64,000 nucleotides of DNA from an uncultured Acidobacteriota bacterium. GTDB taxonomy: Bacteria > Acidobacteriota > Terriglobia > Acidiferrales > UBA7541. Below are positions 50,379-60,071 of the stretch, piece after piece. The stretch lies in NCBI GenBank assembly GCA_963788915.1, contig CAWBIY010000001.1, forward strand, positions 16,470 to 80,469, given 5' to 3'. Under the pieces are notes generated by a model, which did no database searches, had not been told where the DNA came from, and worked only from the letters and a program-made list of their open reading frames with translations. The translations under genes and the position numbers were made by a program. Positions within the stretch are counted from its first letter, which is position 1; every line of letters begins with the position of its first letter.

Positions 50379-50777
50379 TCACTTCTGATCTTTTGTCTTT
50401 GAAGTCGTTTCTTCAGACTCGGCCTCAATTGTGACTTCGACGTCGGCTCCCAACTTCAGCCCTACGGTGTCACCGTTTGAGTTCTCCAACTTATTCTCGA
50501 TGCGAATCTCCCGATAAAGGTCTTCCGCACCATGCACTGAGATTTGGGCCTTTTCCGGTTCGTCTGGCGCGATGGCCGGGATAATTTTTTCCACCGTTCC
50601 GGGCAAGGTTACGGTGGGCTTTTCCTCAGTTGGTTTTCCCACACTTCCTCCGATCCGCTTGCAGGATATTGCATTGACCTTGGGCCGAGCCTTCAATCCG
50701 ATCAAGTTCTGGTGCCTTGGAGTATCATCCTCGTTTGGTCGCGGAAGTGAAATACCTATGATCCCGCCCTTCGACAT
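50379..50777 (-). CDS. Small acidobacterial hypothetical protein
   Basis: TLPGTVEKII...EKAQISV.GA.DLYREIRIEN; start probably internal. Confidence 0.6.
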   Translation of the reverse strand: MSKGGIIGISLPRPNEDDTPRHQNLIGLKARPKVNAISCKRIGGSVGKPTEEKPTVTLPGTVEKIIPAIAPDEPEKAQISVHGAEDLYREIRIENKLENSNGDTVGLKLGADVEVTIEAESEETTSKTKDQK

Positions 50778-51064
50778 TTTTCACATCGCTGACAGCGGTG
50801 TTCTCGTCAGGTTGGAGAGTGCTTCAAGTCTCGATGGCGCGATTCGCTCGCATTCACATCATCGGTGGCTTAAACCCCGGCGAATATTTTGTTCAGAGCT
50901 TGCGAACAAATCACAGGATGAAAATCGTGGTCATGCCTAACGAAAGAAGATCTTCTCCTGAGCCGTGATGTGTGACGTCGCTTGGGGGGCGCTTCGTTAC
51001 GGATGCCGCCGAAGGACCTGAACTTCGCGATTTGCAAAACGCAAGCCCATGTTGAACCGCCCCG

Positions 51065-51370
51065 TCAGGGCGTCGCGGAATAGCTTAGCGGCCGGAAGCT
51101 AGCCAGAGCCTTGGTCTCGTCCTCGAAGCTCGGGATGGTATCGAGGAGGCGAAACACGTCTAGCACCTCAAGCACCCGGCCGCGCGGACAAAGCAATTTT
51201 AGATCGCCAGCCTGGCGTTTGAGGGAAACGTACGTCTCGATAATGATGCTGACACCGGAACTGTCCACTTGGGTGAGATTGGCCAGATTGAGCAAGACCT
51301 TGCGGACACCATTGGCGAGGAGTTCTTGTAGACGGCTGCTCAGCAGTTCGCTCTCGCCGCCATTGATGGT
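51065..51370 (-). pseudogene. STAS-domain anti-sigma-factor antagonist, 5'-truncated
   Basis: KVLLNLANLTQVDSSG...LKL...V.EVL...RL. Confidence 0.75.
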
Positions 51371-51451
51371 CGATTCGTTTCATAACGTCGCGAGCAGACC
51401 ATAATTACGTCCGATAGCTGATACTCTCTGGGGCAACGGAAAGGAGGAGAG

Positions 51452-51769
51452 ATGAATTGGGCTATTCTCGTTGTTGCCGGAATTTTTGAGGTTGGATGGG
51501 CCATCGGGCTGAAATACACCGAAGGCTTCACCCGACTGTGGCCTAGCGTCTGGACAGTTCTAGCAATGATCATCAGCCTTGGACTACTAGGCATCGCCAT
51601 GAAGACACTTCCTGTCGGCACGGCCTACAGCGTTTGGGTTGGAGTGGGAGCTGTCGGCACGGTCGTATTAGGGATTGTGCTGCTTGGAGAGTCGGCGAGC
51701 CTGGCTCGGGTGATCAGTGTTTCTCTCATAGTCGCGGGCATTGTGGGCCTCAAGCTCTCAACCCCCTAG
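51452..51769 (+). CDS. sugE: SMR-family transporter, Gdx/SugE subtype
   Basis: [18 protein letters not shown]; LPVGTAY.VW.G.G. Confidence 0.9.
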   Translation: MNWAILVVAGIFEVGWAIGLKYTEGFTRLWPSVWTVLAMIISLGLLGIAMKTLPVGTAYSVWVGVGAVGTVVLGIVLLGESASLARVISVSLIVAGIVGLKLSTP

Positions 51770-51904
51770 ACTGGGACCTTGACTAGATGCTCCGGGCACC
51801 GACATTGGTTGCTGAAGGCAGAACTCTTGGCGCGGCTCTCAAAACTTCATCTAGCAGTGTTCACACCCGTCTTCGAGTCATTCGCACGACCACTGACGAT
51901 TCGG

Positions 51905-52654
51905 TCAGCTTACGAAGTCCACGACGCCATTCGCGAGGTTGTACATCGCACCGGTGATCTGGATCGATCCTTTCTTCTCCAGATCCGCCAATACTGGGCT
52001 TCGCCGCCGAATGTTTTCGATTGCCAATTTGACATTGGTTCGGGCGACCGCGTCGACGTAAGCCGGATTCTTGCTGGACTTCTCGCCTTCAAACTTGGTT
52101 TCCGGAATGGCCGGTTTGATCCTCGCCAACAATCCCGTGAGATTGCCTAATACCACGTCATCGATTGCGCCCTTTATTGCGCCGCAGGCCGTATGTCCCA
52201 AGACTAAGACGAGCTTAGATCCCGAGACAGCGCATGCAAACTCCATGCTCCCAAGCTGGTCATCGTTGACCACATTGCCGGCCACGCGCCCATTGAACGT
52301 GTCGCCGATCCCAGCGTCGAAAATGATTTCCGCAGGCACCCGGGAGTCGACGCATCCAAGGATTATCGCCGCGGGATACTGGCCGGCAGCACTTGAGCGT
52401 TTTTCAGCTAAGTAATCCCGAGGAGCCATCTTGCCCGTACGAAATCGCTCATTCCCCTTCTTCAATTCGTCTATGACCTGCGACGGCGTCATGCTGTCAC
52501 GTTGCTCTTTTGTCAGCGACCCACTCATACTCGCCGCAAGTTGCATAGACCAGGAGCCAAGTGGACTGATGGCGCAGGCGCCGAGAGCCGTGCCGAGAAA
52601 TCTACGGCGATCCAGAGCCGAAGTGTGAAGAGATGCTCCCAACGTTTTTTTCAT
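51905..52654 (-). CDS. Beta-carbonic anhydrase with a Tat signal peptide
   Basis: RRRFLG; GCVDSRVP; GHTACGA. Confidence 0.92.
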   Translation of the reverse strand: MKKTLGASLHTSALDRRRFLGTALGACAISPLGSWSMQLAASMSGSLTKEQRDSMTPSQVIDELKKGNERFRTGKMAPRDYLAEKRSSAAGQYPAAIILGCVDSRVPAEIIFDAGIGDTFNGRVAGNVVNDDQLGSMEFACAVSGSKLVLVLGHTACGAIKGAIDDVVLGNLTGLLARIKPAIPETKFEGEKSSKNPAYVDAVARTNVKLAIENIRRRSPVLADLEKKGSIQITGAMYNLANGVVDFVS

Positions 52655-52698
52655 GATGTCCTCCCTAATTGAAGATTGAGGGTGGCCTGTCGTCGCGA

Positions 52699-53307
52699 CT
52701 AGCCTGCGACGGGCAAGGCCACGGGTTGCTCGAGACGAAATTCGAGTAAAGACTCGCTCGGAATCTGGAGTTGCTGTCCCTTCTTGGAGGCAGCAACCGC
52801 CGTACCGGTGGCGGCGCCAGCAGCAGCGCCGATGCCCGCACCTTTTCCACCTCCGGCAATGCCACCGATCAGCGCGCCCAAACCCGCGCCGCCAACCACC
52901 TTCTTTGCGGTGTTGCCACCCTCGCCCTTGCCCTTTAGCTCATAGGTGCTGGTCAGAAGCGGATAGGCCGTGCCGTTGATCACGATATCGGTCAGCTCCA
53001 GGGTGAGCTCGGAACTACCGGACATCCGGCCTGCGGAGGAGGCTTGCGCGAGGCGTCCGTAAATGGTCGTGCCGCGTGGGGCGACCACTTGGTCTTCGGC
53101 CTGGAGATTGGTTTCCAGTGTAGCGGTGAAACGAAGGCCGGCTTTTTGCTTGGAAGAGTCAATCGCGTCGACGGTACGGATCAAGATGCGCGTTCCTGCG
53201 GGAACGGTAATCCGTTTCTTGGTCTGCGGCGGCGCACTCGAGGAGTTTGGATAGAAAGCCAGAATTGCGAGGGATAAAGTCAAAGCCCCAAAAAGTACCT
53301 TTCGCAT
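52699..53307 (-). CDS. Secreted protein with a glycine-zipper region
   Basis: ITVPAGTRI.IR...GGAGLGALIGGIAGGGKGAGIGAAAGAATG. Confidence 0.75.
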   Translation of the reverse strand: MRKVLFGALTLSLAILAFYPNSSSAPPQTKKRITVPAGTRILIRTVDAIDSSKQKAGLRFTATLETNLQAEDQVVAPRGTTIYGRLAQASSAGRMSGSSELTLELTDIVINGTAYPLLTSTYELKGKGEGGNTAKKVVGGAGLGALIGGIAGGGKGAGIGAAAGAATGTAVAASKKGQQLQIPSESLLEFRLEQPVALPVAG

Positions 53308-53330
53308 GTGTATGTCCTCCCGCCCTTGAC

Positions 53331-53879
53331 TCAGGAACCCTGCCCGACGATGGGCAGAGATGAATCGATTTGGAGATCAATGATCAAGAGCAATTGGTGT
53401 TCGATTTGGGCGAAGCGTGCCGCGGTGACTCCGCCGAGAGCCAGCTTAACCTTCTCATATGTGGCAGCTAGGAGTTCTGTACGTTCTTTCTGGAAGGCCA
53501 CGGATTTCTGAATCAGGCGGTCCGCTTCTTCGTCGGTCAAATCGTTGTAGCTGTGGGCATATTGCTTGATGTTTTCGATCCGCTGGTCGTTTAGCTTGGC
53601 GAGAGCCACAGCGTAGTCACTGTAGATGGGCCAGAATTTGGCGGCGTCGGCAGCGCTGAGCAGCATCATCGAGCCCATGATTTCATCCTTCTGCTGGCGA
53701 ACGTCCTCGCGCAGGAGGTCGATGTAAGACTGCATATTTTCCTTTTGTGCGTCGGCTTCGGAAGGGACTGTGGCCTTGCTGGTGGTCTTTTGGGTTGTTG
53801 TTTGCGTGTGGCCAGATCGTGGCGACCCAAGTACAAGGACAAAGAGAGTCGCCAGTAACATGCGGATTACGAGTTTCAT
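53331..53879 (-). CDS. Secreted helical protein; paralog of 13290-13796
   Basis: LSAADAAKFWPIYSDY...IIDLQIDSSLPI. Confidence 0.75.
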   Translation of the reverse strand: MKLVIRMLLATLFVLVLGSPRSGHTQTTTQKTTSKATVPSEADAQKENMQSYIDLLREDVRQQKDEIMGSMMLLSAADAAKFWPIYSDYAVALAKLNDQRIENIKQYAHSYNDLTDEEADRLIQKSVAFQKERTELLAATYEKVKLALGGVTAARFAQIEHQLLLIIDLQIDSSLPIVGQGS

Positions 53880-54134
53880 ATCGATTATCCTTTCGCTTAA
53901 TTTCTCAACGAAGAACTTGCGCAGGCCGAACGCGCGTTTCCTTTTTGGCCGCTCCAACCCAGACGCTATCCCGGATGGCACAGCGCCGCAAGTAGAACAA
54001 ATCAGGGGCGTCGCGGCGACCGTCAAATGAAGAGCGTCGGCAGGAATACAGGATTCAGAAATTTCATGGCTTCTTGTCCTTTCGAAGTTGCCTACCCATG
54101 AATCAGCGCAGCTTCCGAAGGGTCCGACGAAGAA

Positions 54135-55142
54135 TCACTTGGCTGCGGGCACCCATACGTTGTCGGGGGCCAGAATTTCGGCGTTGTCGACTTCCGTCTG
54201 GATATTGACGCGCTGGAAACCAGCTTTTTTCTTGGGAGTCGCCAGGAAGACCAGGTAATACTGATTGTCGAGAGCCTTCTGTAAGCGATCTAGATACGGC
54301 TTAAAGCTGACTAGCGTTGAAGTGCCGAGCGAATAGCATTCTCCTCCCGTTTCATTCGCGATCTTGGTAAGTCCGCCGAGTCCAAGCTGTAGGTCCCAAG
54401 AGCTTCGTCCTGCGCGCCCTACTCCCTGTGAATAGATGGAGTGGACGATAACGTTGTACCGTTGGCTGATTTCGCTGGCCGAGACCGCATCTTGACTTAT
54501 TGTCGGCATACTGTGATACATGGGTTCGATCCCGAACCCAGGCCCAAGCTGCGCGGCTGTAGGTTTCTCACCACGAAGCCGATCGATTCCATCACTCACC
54601 ATTAAGACTTCGCGACGCACGTTTTGTTGTGGCCAACCCTTTACGACGCTTATGAGTGAGAGATAAGGGCTGTCCATCGCTGAGACGCCGCCACGAGGTA
54701 GCCGAATTGCCTTGATGGCTTGCTCGTGATCCGCGCTGAAATTCTGCAGCATATTAACGGTCGCGTTCGACATGTAGCCGACCGCTACTACCGTCGACGC
54801 CGGCTGCGCCTTGATGAATTCCTTCACGTCATTGAGATTGTTTCCAACTGCCTGTGTGCTTAGCGTGTCGTCGATCAGAATCATCAGTTGAAGCGCAGCG
54901 TTATCTCCCTGCGCGGGAATTAATTGGGTCACTTGCAGGAACGTTTTACCCTGCTTTACCTTCACTTCCTCCGGTTTTAGACGAGGGACCTCGCTGTCAC
55001 TTCGTAGTGCCATGTCGGTGATTACAACGTGAACTTGCGCTGTGCTAGGAGCAGCCTTTTCCTGAGCGCTCACAAACAGACCGCTTAAGGCCAGGACACA
55101 GAGAACGCCAAGTCGGGCAAGGACCAGCATGCGGGCTTGCAT
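54135..55142 (-). CDS. Secreted VWA-like protein (acidobacterial type)
   Basis: ILIDD.LS, LMVSDG.D, IANETGG, QYYLVF. Confidence 0.7.
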   Translation of the reverse strand: MQARMLVLARLGVLCVLALSGLFVSAQEKAAPSTAQVHVVITDMALRSDSEVPRLKPEEVKVKQGKTFLQVTQLIPAQGDNAALQLMILIDDTLSTQAVGNNLNDVKEFIKAQPASTVVAVGYMSNATVNMLQNFSADHEQAIKAIRLPRGGVSAMDSPYLSLISVVKGWPQQNVRREVLMVSDGIDRLRGEKPTAAQLGPGFGIEPMYHSMPTISQDAVSASEISQRYNVIVHSIYSQGVGRAGRSSWDLQLGLGGLTKIANETGGECYSLGTSTLVSFKPYLDRLQKALDNQYYLVFLATPKKKAGFQRVNIQTEVDNAEILAPDNVWVPAAK

Positions 55143-55248
55143 GATGTTACCTCCAGGAAGGTACACTCTCGCCGATTGGAACTCGCACCGGTCGAGCAAA
55201 AAGGCCTAGTGATGGCGGGATGATAGGTTGCTCGAAAAAAGAAGTCAA

Positions 55249-55266
55249 GGAATACGAAATGACATA
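55249..55266. repeat. 18-bp target-site duplication, left copy (right copy 56812-56829)
   Basis: GGAATACGAAATGACATA identical on both sides of the IS. Confidence 0.95.
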
Positions 55267-56811
55267 TGTCAAACCTCTTTAGAAATGTCCCCTTCCTTAC
55301 CTCATTAGAAGCGTCCCCTTTTCTTTGCTCTGGTGGTGTCGTTGGAGTGTCCGCCGGAACGAAGCCCTGCGCCGCGGTTTGCGCGGCGCGTTTAGGGCGA
55401 AGTGGAGGCGGATACTCCAACGAGTCGTGATACCTGCGATCGATCCAACCTCTGCAAATTCATTCTCCGCTCATAACCTTGCCGCCAGGGATGATCCCCG
55501 GTCGGCTTACTTCCCGGGTGCTTAACTGGCTGGCGTTCCCCAACCGCTGTGTTCCTGACTGCGGGAGGTCGAACTTTCAAGTCTTCATACTCGATGCCTT
55601 CTCCGCGATAGTGCACCTCCACCGCTCCGTCCTCCCACTCGCAGATCAACGCTCTAGCCTGCGTCGGCCCGTAGCGCTGGTTCTTAGGCTGGAGCTGCAG
55701 AAAATGCCCGCGGTACTGCACCACCCAATCGTTGCTGATCCATCGTTCCGTCTCTAAACGAAAAACCTCTCGAAGCTTTGCCGGGCTGGGCGTCCGAACG
55801 TGATAGTTCTCGGGGCGCGTCGCTGCCCTCGCAAAACGGCGGTTGTGCTCCGGAAGATATTCTGCTTCCAGATACGCATTCGTGGCCTCCTAGCTCTGGA
55901 TGCCTCTGCGTCGCAGTTTCTTGACCAGCCGGTCCTGATGCACGCCGTTGTTTCGCTCTACTCGCCCTTTCGCTTGCGGTGAACTGGCTGCAATTATGCG
56001 TATCTCTAATCGTTCACACATGCGGCCAAACTGCGTGGTGGCCGCCTTTCCTCGCAGTCGCTCTCTCTCCGTCGGCTCGCGCTTATACACATTCTTCCAA
56101 TCGGTGTACAACGCCCGCGGTACCCCATACTTCTCCATCCACGTTCGCAGCACTCCGACCGCTGCCCAGATCGTTTCCTGCTGCCCCAGACGCGAACAGG
56201 TGGTCCCCGTGGCGTCATCCACCATATTCATCAGACAGCCCCGAGGTCCACGTTCCTCGAACCAAGCGTGAAAGCTCCCATCCAGCTGTACCAAGTCGCC
56301 AAAGTGCGGCCGCCGTGCCCTCCGCTTCCGGTGGGCTTTCCGTCTCCGCCTGCGGCTCCATAATCCCTCCGCCAGCATCCAGCGTCGCAACGTCTCCTCG
56401 CCCACTTCCAGCCCATCCTCGTCCGCCAAATGCTCCGCTGCCAGCGTCGGCCCAAAGCGCTCCTGTTCCGTCCCGGAATACTTCTCCCGGATGAGCTGCA
56501 ACACCTTCCGTCGGAGGTTCTCTGGCTTCGCGCGGTTCGATCCTCTCCCCGCACTGCGGTGCTTAAGTCCCTTGGCTCCTTCCCGTCGATAGCGCTGCCA
56601 CAGTCGCTTGGTCTGCCGATAACTCAGCTCCAACATCTTTGCTGCGTCTACCAGCCTCAGCGTCTTACTCTTCACTCGCCCCAGCACTTCCGCTCGTCGA
56701 AGTTCCCTCGTACTCATCGCTGTCCTCTTCAACCGGACCTCCTCAGGAGGTCGCAGTGTAGGGGACATTTCTAATGGGGGCTGAAGGGGACACTATCAAA
56801 GAGGTTCAACA
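55267..56811 (-). mobile_element. IS1202-family (formerly ISNCY) insertion sequence
   Basis: TGT...ACA ends with about 28-bp imperfect IRs; DDE transposase; long direct repeat. Confidence 0.85.
55392..56717 (-). pseudogene. DDE transposase with an in-frame TAG at 55890-55892
   Basis: HTH; VQLDGS.H.WFE, VDDATG, YTD, SPQAKGRVER; frame continues past the stop (EYLPEHNRRF...). Confidence 0.85.
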
Positions 56812-56841
56812 GGAATACGAAATGACATAGTATGAGGCGCC

Positions 56842-57741
56842 TTGTTGGGCGAGGAGGTAACCACCAGATGCCCGAGAACGCGCAAGGGCGCACGGATTCC
56901 AACAGGAGACAATTTCTTCAGATGGCTCTTTCAGAATCGGTGGAGAAGTCCGGTGGGAATTTCAATAAATAGGGTTCAACACCAGTGGTTTCTACCTGGG
57001 TTCTGCTGGAATGCGTTGCGAAACCCGCATTGGGGGGTTCTGCTTGCAATAGTGTTCTGTTGTGTGGCGGTTGTCCCGGCCAGAGCACAGCAACAACAAC
57101 CTCCTGAGGATCCGGAAGATGAGAAGCAGATCGGGCTCTGGCTCGATCAGGGGATTTCCGCCGGTCTTTCGACTAACAAATCTCTTGAAGTTGAATTTCA
57201 TGAACGGTTCGATGAAGGAGCTTCCAATCTGTTCGAGTACTTCGTTCAGGGCGGTGTTGCATTCCGTCTGCGGCCGTGGGTTACCGTGATACCGATTTAT
57301 CGTTATCAGCGCTTTCCTGGAAATCCCACGGTCGCTTACGAAAATCGACTACAGCTCAATATCACGCTGAGCACATCGCGGGGCGCGTGGCGGCCAAGCC
57401 TGCGCACACTGATTGAGGGCCGCTTTCCGGATAACCGCACGGCCTCGGCACGCCTTCGATTTCGTCCGGGCGTCGACTATACATTGCCACTGCGGATGGC
57501 GCGGCGCCCCGTGCTGGTCGTGAGCAATGAGTTCTTCATTGTCCCTGGAACCAATAGCTTTGCCGCTGGTGGCAGTTTTACGCAGAACCGCTTTCAAGTG
57601 GGAGTCCGGCTGCCAATCACAGATTCCTTTTCCATTCGGCCTTATTACTTATTGCAGTCAGTGAATCTGCCTAAGGGCTGGGAAACCAACGAAATTGTTG
57701 GCATCTCGATGGCCATTAAGGTCGCCAGCAAGAGTAAGTGA
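56842..57741 (+). CDS. DUF2490-like outer-membrane beta-barrel protein
   Basis: Alternating beta-strand pattern; ENRL, RLRFR, NEFF, QNRFQVG; true start probably internal. Confidence 0.7.
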   Translation: MLGEEVTTRCPRTRKGARIPTGDNFFRWLFQNRWRSPVGISINRVQHQWFLPGFCWNALRNPHWGVLLAIVFCCVAVVPARAQQQQPPEDPEDEKQIGLWLDQGISAGLSTNKSLEVEFHERFDEGASNLFEYFVQGGVAFRLRPWVTVIPIYRYQRFPGNPTVAYENRLQLNITLSTSRGAWRPSLRTLIEGRFPDNRTASARLRFRPGVDYTLPLRMARRPVLVVSNEFFIVPGTNSFAAGGSFTQNRFQVGVRLPITDSFSIRPYYLLQSVNLPKGWETNEIVGISMAIKVASKSK

Positions 57742-58150
57742 GGGTTTAACTGTTTCCTAAGGCAGGTTCTGTCCGCTCGAGGTGAACGCGAAATGACGAC
57801 GAAGCCGATGTCCTTGCAGCGCGCTAGCTATATCGGGGCTGCTTTCTCGCTGCTGGGTTTCTCATTCCATTGTGGTTTTGCGGCCCGGAGCGATTTCGTT
57901 CGCTTTTCGAAGCCCGAGCTGCTCACCGCCCGCAGCACAGCAGCGACAGGACACCTTTTTGACGGAATTCATTTTCGGTTACACCAAAAATAATTAGCGA
58001 CAACTGAATAAGGAACTTTTCCTTTTGACGTTTATCGGGCACATGGGGCGATACTTGTCAATGAGAACAGTTATACTACACTCTGCAGCTGATAAGATCC
58101 TGCTAGCAAACGAAACTCAGACAGAGTCAGCAAAGGCTGATGTGCGATCG

Positions 58151-59860
58151 ATGCGCCGCCAAATCTCTACTGCTTCTGCGTTCCTATTGGTCTTCACGTG
58201 GGTGGCATGTAGCACTTCAGGCGACTCGGCAAAAACTGGCCCTATGGCAGCTCAGAAGGCTGCGCTGAGCGCCGAGACTGCGAGGGCCGTGGGCGTCGCG
58301 CTGCGTCCGCTCATCGCTTCCGCCAAACTGGAAAGCCTGCGTTGGCCAGACTTCCATGACGTCAGTGGCGACGCCGGGGAATTCTATCAGGGTCGCTCCT
58401 ACACTCCCGCTTGGGTTGACCGAACAGGGTCGACCTCACAGGCGAGGGTTGTCATTTCCATCCTGCAAAAGGCAGTCCAAAAAGGCCTAAACCTTGAAGA
58501 TTACGATGCCTCGAAGTGGCAGGGCCGCGAGGAAGCTCTCGCCGGCACGCCAACGGCGGAAGCAATCGCGAAATTTGATCTCGCGCTAACTGTATCCATG
58601 CTTCGCTACGTCTCGGCACTGAATATGGGGCGGATTAACCCAAGGCATCTTAAGTTCAACCTCGATTTGAATCATAGAAGAACGGACTTGGCCGAATTTC
58701 TCGCACAGATTTCTCAGGTGACAGATATCGTACCGCTGCTAGATGAAGTGGAGCCCCAAGAAGACGGCTACGCGCGTTCCGCCGAAGCCTTGCGGACGTA
58801 TATCGCACTGGCGCAACAGGAGACTGGAGTGAAGCTGCCTGTTCCAGACAAGCAAGTAACTCCTGGCGGTAGCTATGCCGGGACGGCGCTCCTTGTAGCA
58901 AAACTCAAGCTGGCGGGAGATCTTTCCCCGACTGCGAGCTTACCTGACGGATCGACGAAATATGAAGGCGATGTTGTGGAGGCAGTGAAGAGCTTTCAGC
59001 TTCGCCACGGCCTGACGGCGACTGGAAGTCTGGGATCAGAAACTGTCAAACAACTTAACGTGCCGCTGGCAGATCGCGTTCGCCAACTTCAATTTTCACT
59101 GGAGCGCTGGAGGTGGTTTCCTCACGAGATCGCGACGCCATTGATCGTCGTAAACGTGCCGGCCTTCCGTCTGTACGGGTTCGACGAACCGCACCACATC
59201 GCCTTGAAAATGAATGTAGTAGTCGGCAAGGCCATGCGCTCGGAAACGCCCGTGTTTATCGGAAACATGACCTACTTAGTTTTCCGCCCCGACTGGGGGG
59301 TTCCGCCGAGCATTGCGCGCAGGGAAATTGTCCCGCCGTTAGAAAAAGACCCTGCATACCTCTCCAAAAACGGATATGACCTCTTCGATCCGAGCGGCAA
59401 AGTCTTAAGCACCGGGAATGTAACCCCCGAGGATATTCAACTTCTCCGGGCGGGAAAGTTATCCGTCCGACAGCGTCCCGGCCCGATGAATGCTTTGGGC
59501 GGTGTGAAATTCATGTTCCCCAATCAGTACATGGTCTACCTGCATGATACGCCCAAGACCGAATTGTTCTCTCGTTCGCGTCGTGACTTCAGTTACGGCT
59601 GCATTCGTGTTGAAGATCCTCCGGCGCTGGCTGCGTGGGTACTGCGAGCCAGGCCGGAGTGGACTCCCGAACGAATCCTTGCAGCCATGAACGGAGAAAA
59701 AAGTGTACAAGTGAATTTAGGCTCACCAATTCCGGTGCTGATTCTGTATGTCACTGCGAGAGTGGATGAAAACGGTAGCGCTGATTTCTACGACGACATT
59801 TATGGGCATGATGCTAGGCTTGCGCAGGCCCTCGCCAAAGGATATCCCTATCCCCGGTAG
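58151..59860 (+). CDS. L,D-transpeptidase, YcbB/LdtD family, with PG-binding domain
   Basis: AVKSFQLRHGL..TG; VNVPAF.L; KFMFPN...YLHDTP; SYGCIRV (H to Y in the usual SHGC motif). Confidence 0.9.
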   Translation: MRRQISTASAFLLVFTWVACSTSGDSAKTGPMAAQKAALSAETARAVGVALRPLIASAKLESLRWPDFHDVSGDAGEFYQGRSYTPAWVDRTGSTSQARVVISILQKAVQKGLNLEDYDASKWQGREEALAGTPTAEAIAKFDLALTVSMLRYVSALNMGRINPRHLKFNLDLNHRRTDLAEFLAQISQVTDIVPLLDEVEPQEDGYARSAEALRTYIALAQQETGVKLPVPDKQVTPGGSYAGTALLVAKLKLAGDLSPTASLPDGSTKYEGDVVEAVKSFQLRHGLTATGSLGSETVKQLNVPLADRVRQLQFSLERWRWFPHEIATPLIVVNVPAFRLYGFDEPHHIALKMNVVVGKAMRSETPVFIGNMTYLVFRPDWGVPPSIARREIVPPLEKDPAYLSKNGYDLFDPSGKVLSTGNVTPEDIQLLRAGKLSVRQRPGPMNALGGVKFMFPNQYMVYLHDTPKTELFSRSRRDFSYGCIRVEDPPALAAWVLRARPEWTPERILAAMNGEKSVQVNLGSPIPVLILYVTARVDENGSADFYDDIYGHDARLAQALAKGYPYPR

Positions 59861-60071
59861 TCCGAGCGCCAGCTCGCATTCCATGGCTCCGGTACTGGCG
59901 TCCACTTGAGTTTGCCCCAGAGCTGTGGTGGTGGTCCAAGCGCAGCACGGGCATGGCTTTTAATGGCAGCGGCGCGAGTCTGCAGGTCCTCAAATGGCGC
60001 TTACTACTTGTGCGGTCACAGGGTCCTAGAGAATTACAGTAGGAGATTAAGGTGCGGCGGGGAGGAAGATC

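Noticed and set aside
51385-51451. Expected guanidine riboswitch upstream of gdx/sugE
   Set aside because: No twin ACGR hairpins or other recognisable ykkC motif; the upstream region appears truncated
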